Below are positions 42,001 through 52,844 of a stretch of DNA of 64,000 nucleotides, one piece after another. Origin of the DNA: Gekko japonicus (lineage: Eukaryota); NCBI RefSeq assembly GCF_001447785.1, contig NW_015159713.1, forward strand, positions 1,776,956 to 1,840,955, given 5' to 3'. Each line of letters opens with the position of its first letter. The first letter of the stretch is position 1. The notes under the pieces were generated by a model. That model was not told the DNA's origin. It was given only the letters and a program-made list of their open reading frames with translations, and made no database searches. The position numbers were made by a program, and so were the translations under genes.

Positions 42001-44995
42001 TTGTAAGGTCTTCAAGGGAAGAGATGATCAGAGATGGTTTGCCATGGCCCGCCTAGCAACCCTGGACTTTCTTGGTGGTGCCCCATCCAAATACTAATCA
42101 GAGCCAACTCTGCTTAGCTTCTGACGAATCTGATGAGATCAGGCAAGCCTGGCTATGGCAACGTTATGAGAACGTCTCCGAAACACTGCCCTTTGTGTCT
42201 GTATTCTTGAAAGTAGTTGGAAAATATAATTTTATCTTCTCTTGTGCAGTAAATGTAGATTTCCAGCATAAACTAGAAATTGTCGAAGGCATATGACTGC
42301 TAAAGATGACTTATCAGGTGGTTATATCTAGTAGCTTCATTTACTAGTTATATCCAGAGGACAACTGAGAATTATCAATCTTATAAAAGAGGTTTGGGGG
42401 ATCTTTTCACCTTTGGATGTTACTATGCTGTTCGCATACTTGGAGAACCTAAAATTGAATTTGCAAGCAAAAAGTACCTTAACTCTGCTTTCCCACGTGG
42501 CTCTATTATAACCTTTCCCTTGCCCTTAAAGTAGCTTTGCACGGGGTACTGCTGCTTGTCCAAATTTCAGCTGGATGGCTCAATTGAGAGAGAGTGTGTA
42601 GTGTAGTTCTTAGAATATTGGCCTACAATCTGAGAGACCTGGTTTCAAATCCCTACTTGGTCATGAAGGGCTCTGTGGAATTCATGCCAGAACATTATCT
42701 CCATGGACACAGAATTACACCCAGCTGTATATTATTTAAGAATAAAATGAGGAAACAGAACGCTTGATTTGTATATCGCTTTTCACAAGAAGCATACGTT
42801 GTACATTTTTGAATTTAAGAGGAAGCCTACGTGCACCTTTAATTTCTTATACTGATCTGGTAAAATCCCTGTGCAGATTCACCCAAAAATTCTGAGTAAA
42901 TTAACTGTAGTAACATTTTCATTTTAATAAGAATGACTAAGTTTTTTTAAAATACTCTTTTAATTCCACACAATATATACAGTGGTCTGAATTTGCGGAA
43001 AATATGTGAGCTCCCATCGCTGGTTCCAGCTCCTGCCAATCTAGCAGGTCAAAAGCAAGAAATTGCAAGTAGATAAATAGGTACCGCTTTGGTGGGAAGG
43101 TAACAGCGTTCCATGCGCCTCGGCATCTAGTCATGCCGGCCACATGACCACGGAAACATCTTCGGCCAATGCTGGCTCTTCGGCTTGGAAACGGAGATGA
43201 GCACCGCAATCCTAGAGTCAGATTTGACTGGCTTTCGAGCAAGGGAATTTTTTACCTTTACTTATGTATTTATCAGAGCCTAAGACACCAGACTTCTCAA
43301 CTTGCCAAACAAAACTCAATAAAGAATTTACTATTTCATATTCAGGTGGCTACAAACCTGTTGAAGATAGGGCCATACTGACATAATGACTATAGAAAAT
43401 CCTGCAGTGTAAAGAACAGAGGTTATTTTACATGGCTATTGTGAAATCATGTACTAGGATACAAATACTGTGTTCCACTACTGGCAGTGAAGTACTAAGC
43501 AGAGTTACACCCTTCGAAGCCTAGTGAAGTAAATAAATTTAAAAGAATGTCTAGGACTACACTGCAAATCTGCCACAGGTCCTCTTGGATTAAAGAAAAA
43601 TATTTACAATCCTGAAATCATTTAAAATGGCATGCCCAATCTATTCAGGTTCATTACTAATGATGGCAGTAGCAGCAATCCTAAACAAGGTTACACAGAG
43701 CTAACTATATAACAAACAAGACTAGTGCTATACAATAACATAACTCCCACTTGCCAGTATGCCAACCCTAATTGGCTGTACATAAGCCTGAACAAAGACA
43801 GCATACATAAAATCACAGAGTATTGCTGTGATAAAGGAGCTGAGTAAGATTACTCACATGGATGCAATCTCACAGGGAATCTGCCGCCACAACCTAACAT
43901 CAATGACCTTTTAATTCTCTCAAGGTAATCAGTACCTGAGGAATAACTCTGCCCTGTTCCACTTCAGTGTAATTCACAGTATCCTACAGAGTTACACCCC
44001 TCTAAGTCTATCAAAGTGAACAGGTTTAGAAGGGTGTAACTGTGGTTAGGATTGCACAGTAAGTATCTGAAAAAATAAGAATATTTTTACATCATGTCCC
44101 TTCTTACACCATTACCAATAAGAACACAACCAGACCAATAAGAAAAAAAAAGAACTGCAGCTGTAAGTAAAGTTATTCAAAGAGATAGGTTTGTGGAAAA
44201 ATAATATTTTGAAAGCAGATGGAAAGGGCTTCCACTTCCCCAAGTTAAGCATAGTACAAGAGCTGGTTTACAAGTTACAGTAGATTTTCTGTGGCATTTG
44301 TTTCATGCCATGGCCATCACACAGAATAGCTTGTCCTTTTTTTGAGTATATATTCAACACAGACATCAAAATGATGTTACATTGGCTGAATATCTGTTTT
44401 TACAAACCAACACTGCTGAAGAACATTGTAAGGTACATTATTCGAATGGATCTCCACCGGCTATTATAATGTTGTAAAGTTTCCATGGTATCATCATGTG
44501 ATCTATAATAAGAAAAAAATCCTTCATTTCTTCTCTCATAATAACAGTTAACAAGCATTTGAAAAAAATCTGATCGCAAAATAGCTTGCTAGGACACAAT
44601 ACAGCATTTCAAATTTACTTACTACATTTGTATTAATATAGTTACAATTTACGCTATCTGGAATGCCGCGGGGGAGTGAACAGAATAAAACGCTAACAAA
44701 TAAACAGGTCCCCCCCCCCTCCTCTACACTAGTGGAATGTTAAACGCATTCCCATCATCGCTCCCTCCCCATTTTTTCTTCTCCTCCATCCTCAGCTTCA
44801 GAGTTTAAAGTCTCATCAAGACCTCCACATTATCCCTCCTTTATAAACCTGGGAAACGCACCACAACTCAATTCTAGCCAAGGTAACATAAGGAAATCTC
44901 TTGCGCATGCGCATCCCTCACCTGCCACTTTCACCGTTGGGGGTCAACAAAGGCGCTTCTAGATCCTCAACAGGATCGACAAGAGAGACCGCCAT
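32883..44995 (-). CDS. MFSD8: Major facilitator superfamily domain-containing 8 (CLN7), complete 12-exon CDS (1593 nt, 530 aa)
   Basis: Exons 44995-44922, 44502-44408, 43401-43358, 41614-41374, 40684-40571, 39861-39717, 38503-38445, 37052-36944, 35510-35376, 34310-34207, 34126-33870, 33098-32883 join in frame. Motifs [51 protein letters not shown] and C-terminal YGRL. Confidence 0.97.
33870..34126 (-). CDS. MFSD8: MFSD8 coding exon 11
   Basis: IKNNSIT...GCPIVQSWC...[10 protein letters not shown]; luminal loop with N-glycosylation sequons. Confidence 0.93.
34207..34310 (-). CDS. MFSD8: MFSD8 coding exon 10
   Basis: [10 protein letters not shown]...[14 protein letters not shown], 104 nt. Confidence 0.93.
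34365..35235 (+). mobile_element. Non-autonomous Helitron, GC/CpG-rich, in MFSD8 intron 9
   Basis: A|TC..TCTATATTATAAAG start; 3' imperfect hairpin GCCCATTGT/ACAACGGTC then CTAG|T; no TSD; internal duplication of period about 153 bp. Confidence 0.7.
35376..35510 (-). CDS. MFSD8: MFSD8 coding exon 9
   Basis: [18 protein letters not shown]...LSKK, 135 nt. Confidence 0.93.
36059..36334 (+). mobile_element. tRNA-derived SINE (Squam3-like)
   Basis: Same family as 27771-28070. Confidence 0.8.
36944..37052 (-). CDS. MFSD8: MFSD8 coding exon 8
   Basis: [25 protein letters not shown], 109 nt. Confidence 0.92.
37515..37722 (+). mobile_element. Older tRNA-derived SINE; related degraded copies at about 17110-17272 (+), 38770-38990 (-), 47865-48075 (-)
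   Basis: GGGTTCAAACCCAC B box, GGTGACCTTGGGCCAG...CTCACAGG.TTG.TGTG core, AATAAA-type tail. Confidence 0.65.
38445..38503 (-). CDS. MFSD8: MFSD8 coding exon 7
   Basis: [19 protein letters not shown]. Confidence 0.92.
39300..39641 (+). mobile_element. Sauria SINE, full length
   Basis: Near-identical to 8793-9142; TATTAAAA flanks. Confidence 0.85.
39717..39861 (-). CDS. MFSD8: MFSD8 coding exon 6
   Basis: [15 protein letters not shown]...NMYTAP..., 145 nt. Confidence 0.92.
40571..40684 (-). CDS. MFSD8: MFSD8 coding exon 5
   Basis: [20 protein letters not shown]...GFILGP, 114 nt. Confidence 0.94.
41374..41614 (-). CDS. MFSD8: MFSD8 coding exon 4
   Basis: [12 protein letters not shown]...ARALVGFGA, 241 nt. 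Confidence 0.94.
41965..42158 (-). mobile_element. 5S rRNA-derived SINE
   Basis: CCCATCCAAATACTAATCAG...TGCTTAGCTTCTGA...TGAGATCAGG; same family as 5628-5815. Confidence 0.7.
43005..43262 (+). mobile_element. Sauria SINE, 5'-truncated
   Basis: Body and ACCTTT tail match the other copies. Confidence 0.82.
43358..43401 (-). CDS. MFSD8: MFSD8 coding exon 3
   Basis: [14 protein letters not shown], 44 nt, cag/gt. Confidence 0.92.
43975..44058. repeat. Short (~80 bp) palindromic interspersed repeat; copies at about 17003-17085, 43490-43565, 47452-47515, 49318-49375
   Basis: ATCCTACAGAGTTACACCC ... GGGTGTAACTGTGGTTAGGAT arms. Confidence 0.55.
44408..44502 (-). CDS. MFSD8: MFSD8 coding exon 2
   Basis: [25 protein letters not shown]. 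Confidence 0.92.
44922..44995 (-). CDS. MFSD8: MFSD8 coding exon 1
   Basis: [25 protein letters not shown]|gtgagg; phase fits exon 2. Confidence 0.8.
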
Positions 44996-45249
44996 GATAC
45001 TCTTCTGAATATCAGCGCAGTCACTAGAAAAGCCGATTCGCTCAACAAAAGCCTCTCATTTAGACAAGAACCAATCCGCGAGCACGACAGCATTCACACC
45101 TCCCGGCCTGAGGGTGACGACATGCGCGCGCGCAGAAGATACCCGGACCCTTTATTCTCTATCTCAATAGCTAGCGCACCACGTGAGCGACGGCTGACTA
45201 AAAGACGGAGGAGGAGGAGGAATAGTACTGGTCACGTGATCGATGGGGA

Positions 45250-45510
45250 TGTTGCCTTGAAGCTCCTGATTGGTGAACGAGCGTTCCTTAGTTTTGAGGG
45301 AAAAAAGCCAGTGCTCTACTGCCTCTGGAGCCGAGAAAAAAAAAAGCGGAAGGCAGTGGTCTTCGCTGTTCGGTTCCTCCGCTCGTGGTCTGTGGCGGGA
45401 CAGCGAAAGACACGCAGCGGAGCGCAGGGGTTGAAAAAAAAGGCAGAGCCTACGAGAGAGGCGCGCCTGGAGAAGCCTCTGGCGCCCGTCTCTTTTCTTT
45501 CATTCGCCTC
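45250..45510 (+). other. ABHD18: Probable non-coding exon 1 of ABHD18 (start position approximate)
   Basis: Strong donor ctc|gtaagt at 45511 inside the CpG island, head-to-head with MFSD8. Confidence 0.55.
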
Positions 45511-48297
45511 GTAAGTCCTCTCGTTTCGCGGGGCGAGGTGGGTGGAGACTGAGATTGTCGCACCTTTGCCTGAGTGGGGTGAAACGTGCAGCCTGGCGCG
45601 TCTCCCTGGGGTGGGTGTCGGGCTCGGGGCGCCGAGAAGAGCCTGGCTACTCCTCTACGTCCGGTGGATACTTGCTAGGGAGTAAGTCCCTTTGAATTGG
45701 TCGTTTATTTTCCAGTAAATGCGAAGGGAGGGTTCCTGTGGCTTTTTGAAGTTGTGTCACCCTTCCGTGGAGCGAATTGGGCTGTAGCCCATGGGAAAGC
45801 TCATCGTAGTTTCTAGGGTGTCACAAGACTCCTGCTTGGTTTTGGACTAACACGGCTACATCTCTACGATGTAAAGAAGCGTGTTATGGCAACTGAATGA
45901 CTAAACTTTATCCCAACATAAACTGTCGTGATCTAGAGCCCACCTGCGTCTGACGTAGTCGGCTTTACAACATGAAAGGAGTATACATTGGAATAACGCT
46001 GTTATCTCCTGTTTGTCACTTACTGTACCTAGTTCATATGCTTACCCCGCTTAGGCTGGTTATGCAGAGTTTTGGGCTGCACATGGGTTGCTTGGAGTCT
46101 GAAAATCCGATTTAACAAACCTTACAGTCTTATTCTTCTTCGAAAATTCTGATCTCTTAGGCATCCCCTAGTGTTTCTTGTCAGTTGCTTTCTCCTTGTC
46201 TTTTCAAAACAGGCTTCTATATACTTTGCCTTTCCTCTGAACAATTACCTGCACCTGTTGCAATTTACTTGTAGACTTGAGTGGCCCACATGTAGTGTTC
46301 CTGGTAATTGGTTCATGAGCCAGCAACACCCATCTCCTTAGCTGGGAAGCTCTGCTGTCTTGTGAAATCTACTGTAGATGGAGGGAGGGCTGTAACAAAA
46401 AGCTTGTGAGCCTCAGAAACTTGTTCACACATTATGATATTGGTAGACATTGGGAAGTTAAGCTATGATGAGATGATGACAGATAAAGAAACGTTTTCAT
46501 ACTTTTCTTGTGGTATAAAGGGTTACTTTTGTAAAGCACTGCTGTTTCATGAAACCCTATTGGTATTGCATATTTCAGAGTACCACAGTGGTCCATGGAA
46601 TACTGAAACATGTTGACCCTGTTATTTTGAAATGTTGATTTGCCAATTCTGTGTATGATATGACTATCCCAGCCACATGATTCTTCACTGTTGTAAAGGG
46701 AAAGTGTTAGAATGCTGAACTGATTATGAAGTCTGAGTCTAGTGGCACCTTTAAGACCAACAAAGTCTTATTCAAGGTATAAGCGTTCACGTGTGCCACT
46801 GGACACATACTTTGTTCTGCTGCTTCAGACTAACGTGGCTACCCACTTGGATTACAGTGTCATTAGCTAAGAACATTCCAGGTTTGAAAGGAAGTTTATT
46901 TATGTGTTTTTTATGCCATTTAAGATTTTCTACTAGTATGTTTTTGGGGAGGGTGTCTAGAGGATGCTAAGGGGACAACTTGCAATACTTTTTTTTTTAA
47001 GCTTTCATGTTATTGGTATTGGTTAGATAGCATATTGTGTTTCCTAGTAGATAAGTTACAATTGGGAGTATATTACGTTAATGTTTGGAAATCTGGAGTT
47101 TGTATCCTAATACATCCTAATACAAATCCAGACCAAAAAAGAGAAATGGCTTTGAACATGTTATAGCTTCACAGAGATCATTAAGAATGGTTAAACATGT
47201 ACTGAGAAACGTGTGTATATTTAGTATCTTATTATTTAATGAGAGTAGTTGTGTTCATTCTGTTCATAAATGATATGATGGGTCTTCCTGCTTTCAAAAT
47301 ACATGCAGTAAAGTCTCTTAACATAGATTTCCACCTTTTTTTGCATAAACTCTTATCTCATTGTCAGGAGAATGTTGTTGTCTTATAACAAGCCCTGTTC
47401 TTTATCACTGATTACGTGGCTGTATGTAACAAGCTGACCTTCATTATTGGTGCAATCCTAAAAATGCTTTTCTGGGAGTAAGCCCAATCAAATAGACTTG
47501 AGTAGGTTTCTGAATAGATCTGCTTAGGAGTGTTATCTTAAATTGCAATCCTAAACAGAAATAAATGAGTATAGCTGTGTTTAGAATTACGCTGTTAGTT
47601 ACAGAAATGTATAGCGTGTCCAAAACATGACTGATGCATTTGACTCAAATTGTAACTATTGTGCTACTCATTTACAATTTTCCTACTCTAGAATTTCATG
47701 GAGATTGTTTTGATTTTTTGTTCCTTTATTCTGGGAGTATTACTTATGCTGACACCATGGTTTTTTAAACATGTCACTTGCTATTTTGCAAAACCCAGGG
47801 TTTCAAAGTTGAAGATAGTTTAGTAATCATAGTGGTGGTAGTTCCTATGTTCTCCTCTTAGTTATTTACTTCTTTTATACCCTGCCTTTCTCCTCAAAGC
47901 AGATTACACCATTCTTTTCTCCTCCATTTTATCCTCATTACAACCCTTGGGGTAGGCTAGATTAAGAGTATGTGACTGACTGAAGGTCCACCACCAAGGT
48001 TTCATGACAGTGTGGGGATTTGAACCTGGGTCTCCGACATCCTAATCTGCCACTCTAACCACTACAGTTTACTGGCTAGGAAACGAAACCTGAGTCCAAG
48101 GGAGTTATGATTTGACACATGCTTTTGGTGAACTATCTCCTCCTCCTCTGTTCGCCATCTTCCCAGCATGCTAGTACTAATATTTCTGTGATTTCAGCAC
48201 TATCGTTGAACTTTACAAATGGAGGGTTTTTGTAAGTGAATCTGGAGCAAAGATGTTGCAGAGACTGAGGAGGCTATAACTGGCCAGTCATTTAAGG

Positions 48298-48504
48298 CAC
48301 TGGTTCCCAACCTTTTTGAGAGTGAGGACCCGTTTTTAACATTAAAAAATTCCTCAGAGCTTCCACGTAATACTAATTGTACTGTTAGTTTCCGTTGATT
48401 GAGAAAAATACTTAATGACAAAAAGATCAAAATGTCAATGGTTAGTGCACATATGGATTTGTGGATCCCTTTGCAATAACCCAGTAGCCTCCTAGGAACC
48501 ACTA
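48298..48504. mobile_element. hAT/Charlie-like MITE
   Basis: Ends CACTGGTTCC / GGAACCACTA; 8-bp flanks ATTTAAGG/ATTTAAAG. Confidence 0.65.
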
Positions 48505-49419
48505 ATTTAAAGCATTTTGTGTTGCTGTGGCTTTTACTTTTATTTATTTTATTTATTTATTCAGGTATTTCTACCCCGCCCTACCCCGCGAACGGGCTCA
48601 TAGTGTGAACTCTTGGGTCATGTTTACAGGGGAGCCAGAGTAGAATTAACTTGTGAGTTAGTTATTGTGTTATAATTTAAAACCTTTCACCATCTAGTTA
48701 CAGTGTGCTAGTTCCTTGTTGATTTCTCATATAGTAGTATAAGTATTGTATAGCTGTCAAATTTCTGAAATATTCGGTAAAGACAAAAAAGTATAAGGAA
48801 CAATGAGCAAGCTGAATGACTGTGATAAAAGACAAATTGCACTGATGCAATATAAACTAAGCAGTGGCATTATGGGAAAGGAGAGTGAAGTTTAACATTG
48901 TTTACTTTGCTAGATCAATCACAGTTTAACACAGCTGTGGTACGGAAACAGTCGTTTTACTGGAGTAAGAAGGAAAAACAGATGAAGATTTGTTTTCCTA
49001 TACATTAAATTTCCTGTTCAACTTTAACTTCAGTTTGGGTAGAGGCATGGAAAAAATATACAAAAACTAAGACCACATTTTGATTGCCTCATATTGTTTA
49101 TGTAAGAGGTTTCTTGTTATGCACAGTACTTATGAGCTTCCTACATTTGATTCTTGGAAACAAAACCTGATTTGTTAATGTTCTTGTGAGTGTATGTGGT
49201 TGACCAAATTATGGCTCGCCTAAAGTTTTTATGTGTTTTATGTTCTCATAAGGTTACCACCTTGTAAGTAGACATAGTAGAGGTAGGAAGCTTGTGAACC
49301 CTAGAAGACAATTTGCATTGCGATCCTGTGCAGAGGTAATCAGTGGGTTTCGTCTGGACTAACTGCACAGGGTTGTACGCTTGGTGTATGTCATGTGTTC
49401 TTGGAGTTTTGGTAAAAAA

Positions 49420-49707
49420 TGTTGACTCTGTGCGACTGCAATAAAAAAGGCAAATGCTGTACTGGAGATTATTAGGTGCGGCCTCATATAAATCTATGGT
49501 GTGGCCTTATGTGAAATACTGTGTACATTTATTTTTTTATTATATTTATGTCCCGCACCTCACCTCAAAAGATATAGCATTAGAAAAGGTACAGAAAAGG
49601 ATTACTAAAATGATTAAGGGAATGGAATACCTTCCTTAAGAAGGAAGGTTAAAGAGGTGAGGGCTCTTCAACTTGGAAAAGTGATAGTTGAGGGGTGACA
49701 TGATAGT
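49420..49707 (+). mobile_element. CR1 LINE ORF2 C-terminal fragment
   Basis: YKSMVWPYVKYCV, DIALEKVQKRITKMIKGME and a degraded RGDMI motif. Confidence 0.8.
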
Positions 49708-49719
49708 TACAAAATTGTT

Positions 49720-51022
49720 TATTCATATATATACACATACTTTGGATTTATGAATCACCCAATCCCTGAATACACAGGGTTCTGGGCAATTTACATCAAT
49801 AAAAGAATACATAAATACATTATAATTACTAGTTAAAATAAAATATAATATTACAGACTTAAAATGAGGCCCCAGATGATGTTGATAGTTAACCTTTAAA
49901 AAGTTCTGGACCGTGCTGCCACCTCGCAAGTAGGATGGGGGGGGGGGAGAAAGGGGAGAGAAAGGAGAAAAAGAGGAGGGTGCCAGCCAAGAGGAGGGTG
50001 CGGGTGCCTGTTGCTGCTCTCAGACAAAAGCCTGGCAGAACATCTCTGCCTCGCAGGCCCTGCAGAATTGCATTAAGTCCCACAGTACCCTGATGTTATT
50101 TGGCAGAGAGTTCCACCAGGTTGGAGCCAGGGCCAAGAAGGCTCTGGTCGAGGACAGCTGGATGTCTTTAGGGCCAGGGATCACCAGTAGATTGTTCTCA
50201 GTAGAATGTAACACTCTTCAGGGAACATACCAGAGGAGGCAGTCCCAAAGATACATGGGTCCCAGACCACTCAAGGCCTTAAAGGTCAATACCAAGACCT
50301 TGAACCTGACTCGGTACTCCATTGGAAGCCAGTGCAGCTGGCACAGCACAGGTTGAATATGTGATGTCCATTAATAGGTATAGCTGAGTGTCATCAGTGT
50401 ACTGATGGCACCCCAGCCTGAAATTCTATACCAGCTGGGCAAGAGGGCCCATATAGATGTTAAAACAGCACTGGGGAGAGGATTGTTAAGGGGTGCCTAG
50501 TTGACACCCTCTCTCCCAAAGTCATCCTCTGTCCCTGCCCAAGGAGAAATGAGGAAAGCCATTTCAGGGCTACCCCACGGACTCCCATGTCAGTGAGGCG
50601 GTGGGTCATGAGATCATAATGGACCATGTTGAACACTGCCATGATCTAGCTGTCTACAGAGATTGTCTGTCAGGGCGACCAGCACTGTCTCTGTCCTCTG
50701 GCCAGAGCAGAAACCAGACTGAAATGGATCCAATGTCAGGAAGTTCTGAAGCTGCTTGGCTACTGCTCTCTCAATTATCTTATCCAGAAACAATAAATTC
50801 AAAACAGGGTGGTAATTGGAAGAAGTTGTAGGATCCAAAGTTTTTTTTTTTTTAGGAGTGTTACCACCACAGCCTCTTTCAAACCTTCTGGATAGACCCC
50901 TGTCTCCAGGGACAGATTGATAATGTTCATCAGCAGGCCCCATATTCTCCCATCACTGGCTTTCATTAGCTATGAGGGGCACAGGTCCAGTAGGCATGTG
51001 GTTGGCCTAACAACACCCAAGA
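49720..51022 (-). mobile_element. L2-clade LINE, degraded RT and 3' end
   Basis: NYHPVLNLLFLDKIIERAVAKQL, DPFQSGF, ETVLVAL, ALKWLSSFL, RAFLALAPTWWNSLP. Confidence 0.85.
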
Positions 51023-52269
51023 TATTGAGAAGGTAGAGAAGGCAGAGAAAGAAGTGCTTCTCCTTCAGTGGGGGGAAGTCATTCAAGCAATCCACTCACT
51101 CAAGTAGGGCTATGCAAATTTTTGTGTGGAGAGATAGTAGGCTGACCCCCCCAGTTTGGACAGCCTTCTCTGCTCCAAGCCAGACCTTTTAAAAACAACT
51201 CAAGAAATTGAGAAATCCCTAAGAAGCTTCAAGAATCTCCAGATTTCCTTAAGGAGAACCTAAGGAGTACTAGGAACCTTTAAAAAAACTGATTAAGAAG
51301 AAAAAGATACTTTTCTGGCAAGCCTCAGCCTATAGACACATAGAGTCATGGAAGTGGAGCAGGTCCTGGCCAGAGGAGATCCTGTGGCAGCTAAAAAACT
51401 GACAACAGCTGGAAGAAGGAAGCAAGGAAGGGAGACCCCCTACCTGAAGCTTGGGGAGGCAGCAAGGCTGACCATGGAAGGAGAGCAACCTGAATCTTCA
51501 GGGTACTGCTTCCTTGCTGCGCAGAGTGATGAAGGAATGGGCATGAACAGTTAAGTGGCCACAAGACTTGGGACAACCTTGCAGAGCATGGTGGAGCCAC
51601 ATGGGATGGACATCGGGCTGTAGAGCCCACATGGTGAAAGACCCACACACACACACACGGACAGGGCCAGGGGGAGCATGGCCAAACCAATGTCCCAACT
51701 CCCCCAGGAGCCATGGGGTGGTGCAGGGGTGGGCTACCCTGGGAGCAAGCAGGCTATACATCCATAGGTTTGTGGCCATATGGGTGGACTCAAATATGGC
51801 GCAGGGTCCCTTTTATCCAGGACTATACCCATCAGGCCCAGAGTGGATGTGGCAGGTTTTTAAGGGGACCATGGCCTTTCCCTTTAACAACTGAGGAGGC
51901 GATGTGGCTGCACTGGCATGCCCATTTACAGCATGGCCACAGGAGGACACGGAGTGGCAGCCAGAAGCCAGTAGAGGGAGGACCTGCCGGAGAAGGGTTT
52001 CTCCTTCACCCAACTCCCCAATGTCATATGGGTCAGAACTCTCACCCCCCATGGGTCAAGCCCACAGCAGCACCAAGGCATGCAGACCCATGCTACTTAG
52101 AAACTTCCAAGGAAGATGAGGCCCTGATCAGCAGGCGCACAAGCCGGCACAGCAGACCCAGAGCCCAAGAAAGCTTGTAAGGCGCCCACTTTCTCCTATG
52201 TCAGAATGTGGAGAGACTTCCTCGATCATAGCTTCTATGGCAGGCAACTCAGAGAAGGAAGAGGGCGAA

Positions 52270-52520
52270 TGGTTGGAGAAGCCAGAAGTACAAGAAACCT
52301 CCTGCAGGCTGAAAAGGTTCTGGCTCCGGTCGAGGCTACGCAGTTCTCTTTTGGACCAGGGATCACCAGGAGATGTTGGTCCATACAGCATAATGCTTTT
52401 TGAGGGGCATGCTGGGAGAGACGGTCCTGCAGATATGTTGGTCCCATACTGCGTAGGGCTTTGAATGTTAAAACTAAAACCTTGAACTTGATCCAGTATT
52501 CAACTGGGAGCCAGTGTTCA
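52270..52520 (-). mobile_element. L2-clade LINE fragment
   Basis: HWLPVEYWIKFKVLVLTFKAL..GPTYLQDRL. Confidence 0.8.
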
Positions 52521-52844
52521 TAAAAATTACATATTGTGTACTGTGTCCGTATGTAGGGGGGATGAACATAGGGGTTAGTGGATGAGATCACTTTGCCTAG
52601 TGTGTGTATCAACATAGTGAGTGACTGAGAGTGAGAAATGTTAATTTGTTAGCTAAGATTTTTTTTTTAAAACCTTTCTTTTCTTGTTTTGTTACACAGG
52701 TGTATTCTAATACTTGTACAGGTGCCTGAATTACTATTTCTGTACATTCTCATATTCCTTGGATATTTCAAATCCTTTATATATGAACTCTTCAATAATG
52801 TATCTTTAAAACAAGAACTCAAGTCTTGTAGCATACTGAAGCTT

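Larger units (their letters stand above)
44895..45670. promoter_or_regulatory. Bidirectional CpG-island promoter of MFSD8 (-) and ABHD18 (+)
   Basis: CpG-rich; perfect NRF1 palindrome TGCGCATGCGCA at 44902-44913; CCAAT at 45071 and ATTGG at 45269; E-boxes CACGTGA at 45180 and GTCACGTGAT at 45231. Confidence 0.8.

Noticed and set aside
45122-45514. 130-aa Arg-rich ORF in the bidirectional promoter
   Set aside because: It is a low-complexity CpG-island frame with no homology, and its phase at the 45511 donor does not join the ABHD18 frame.
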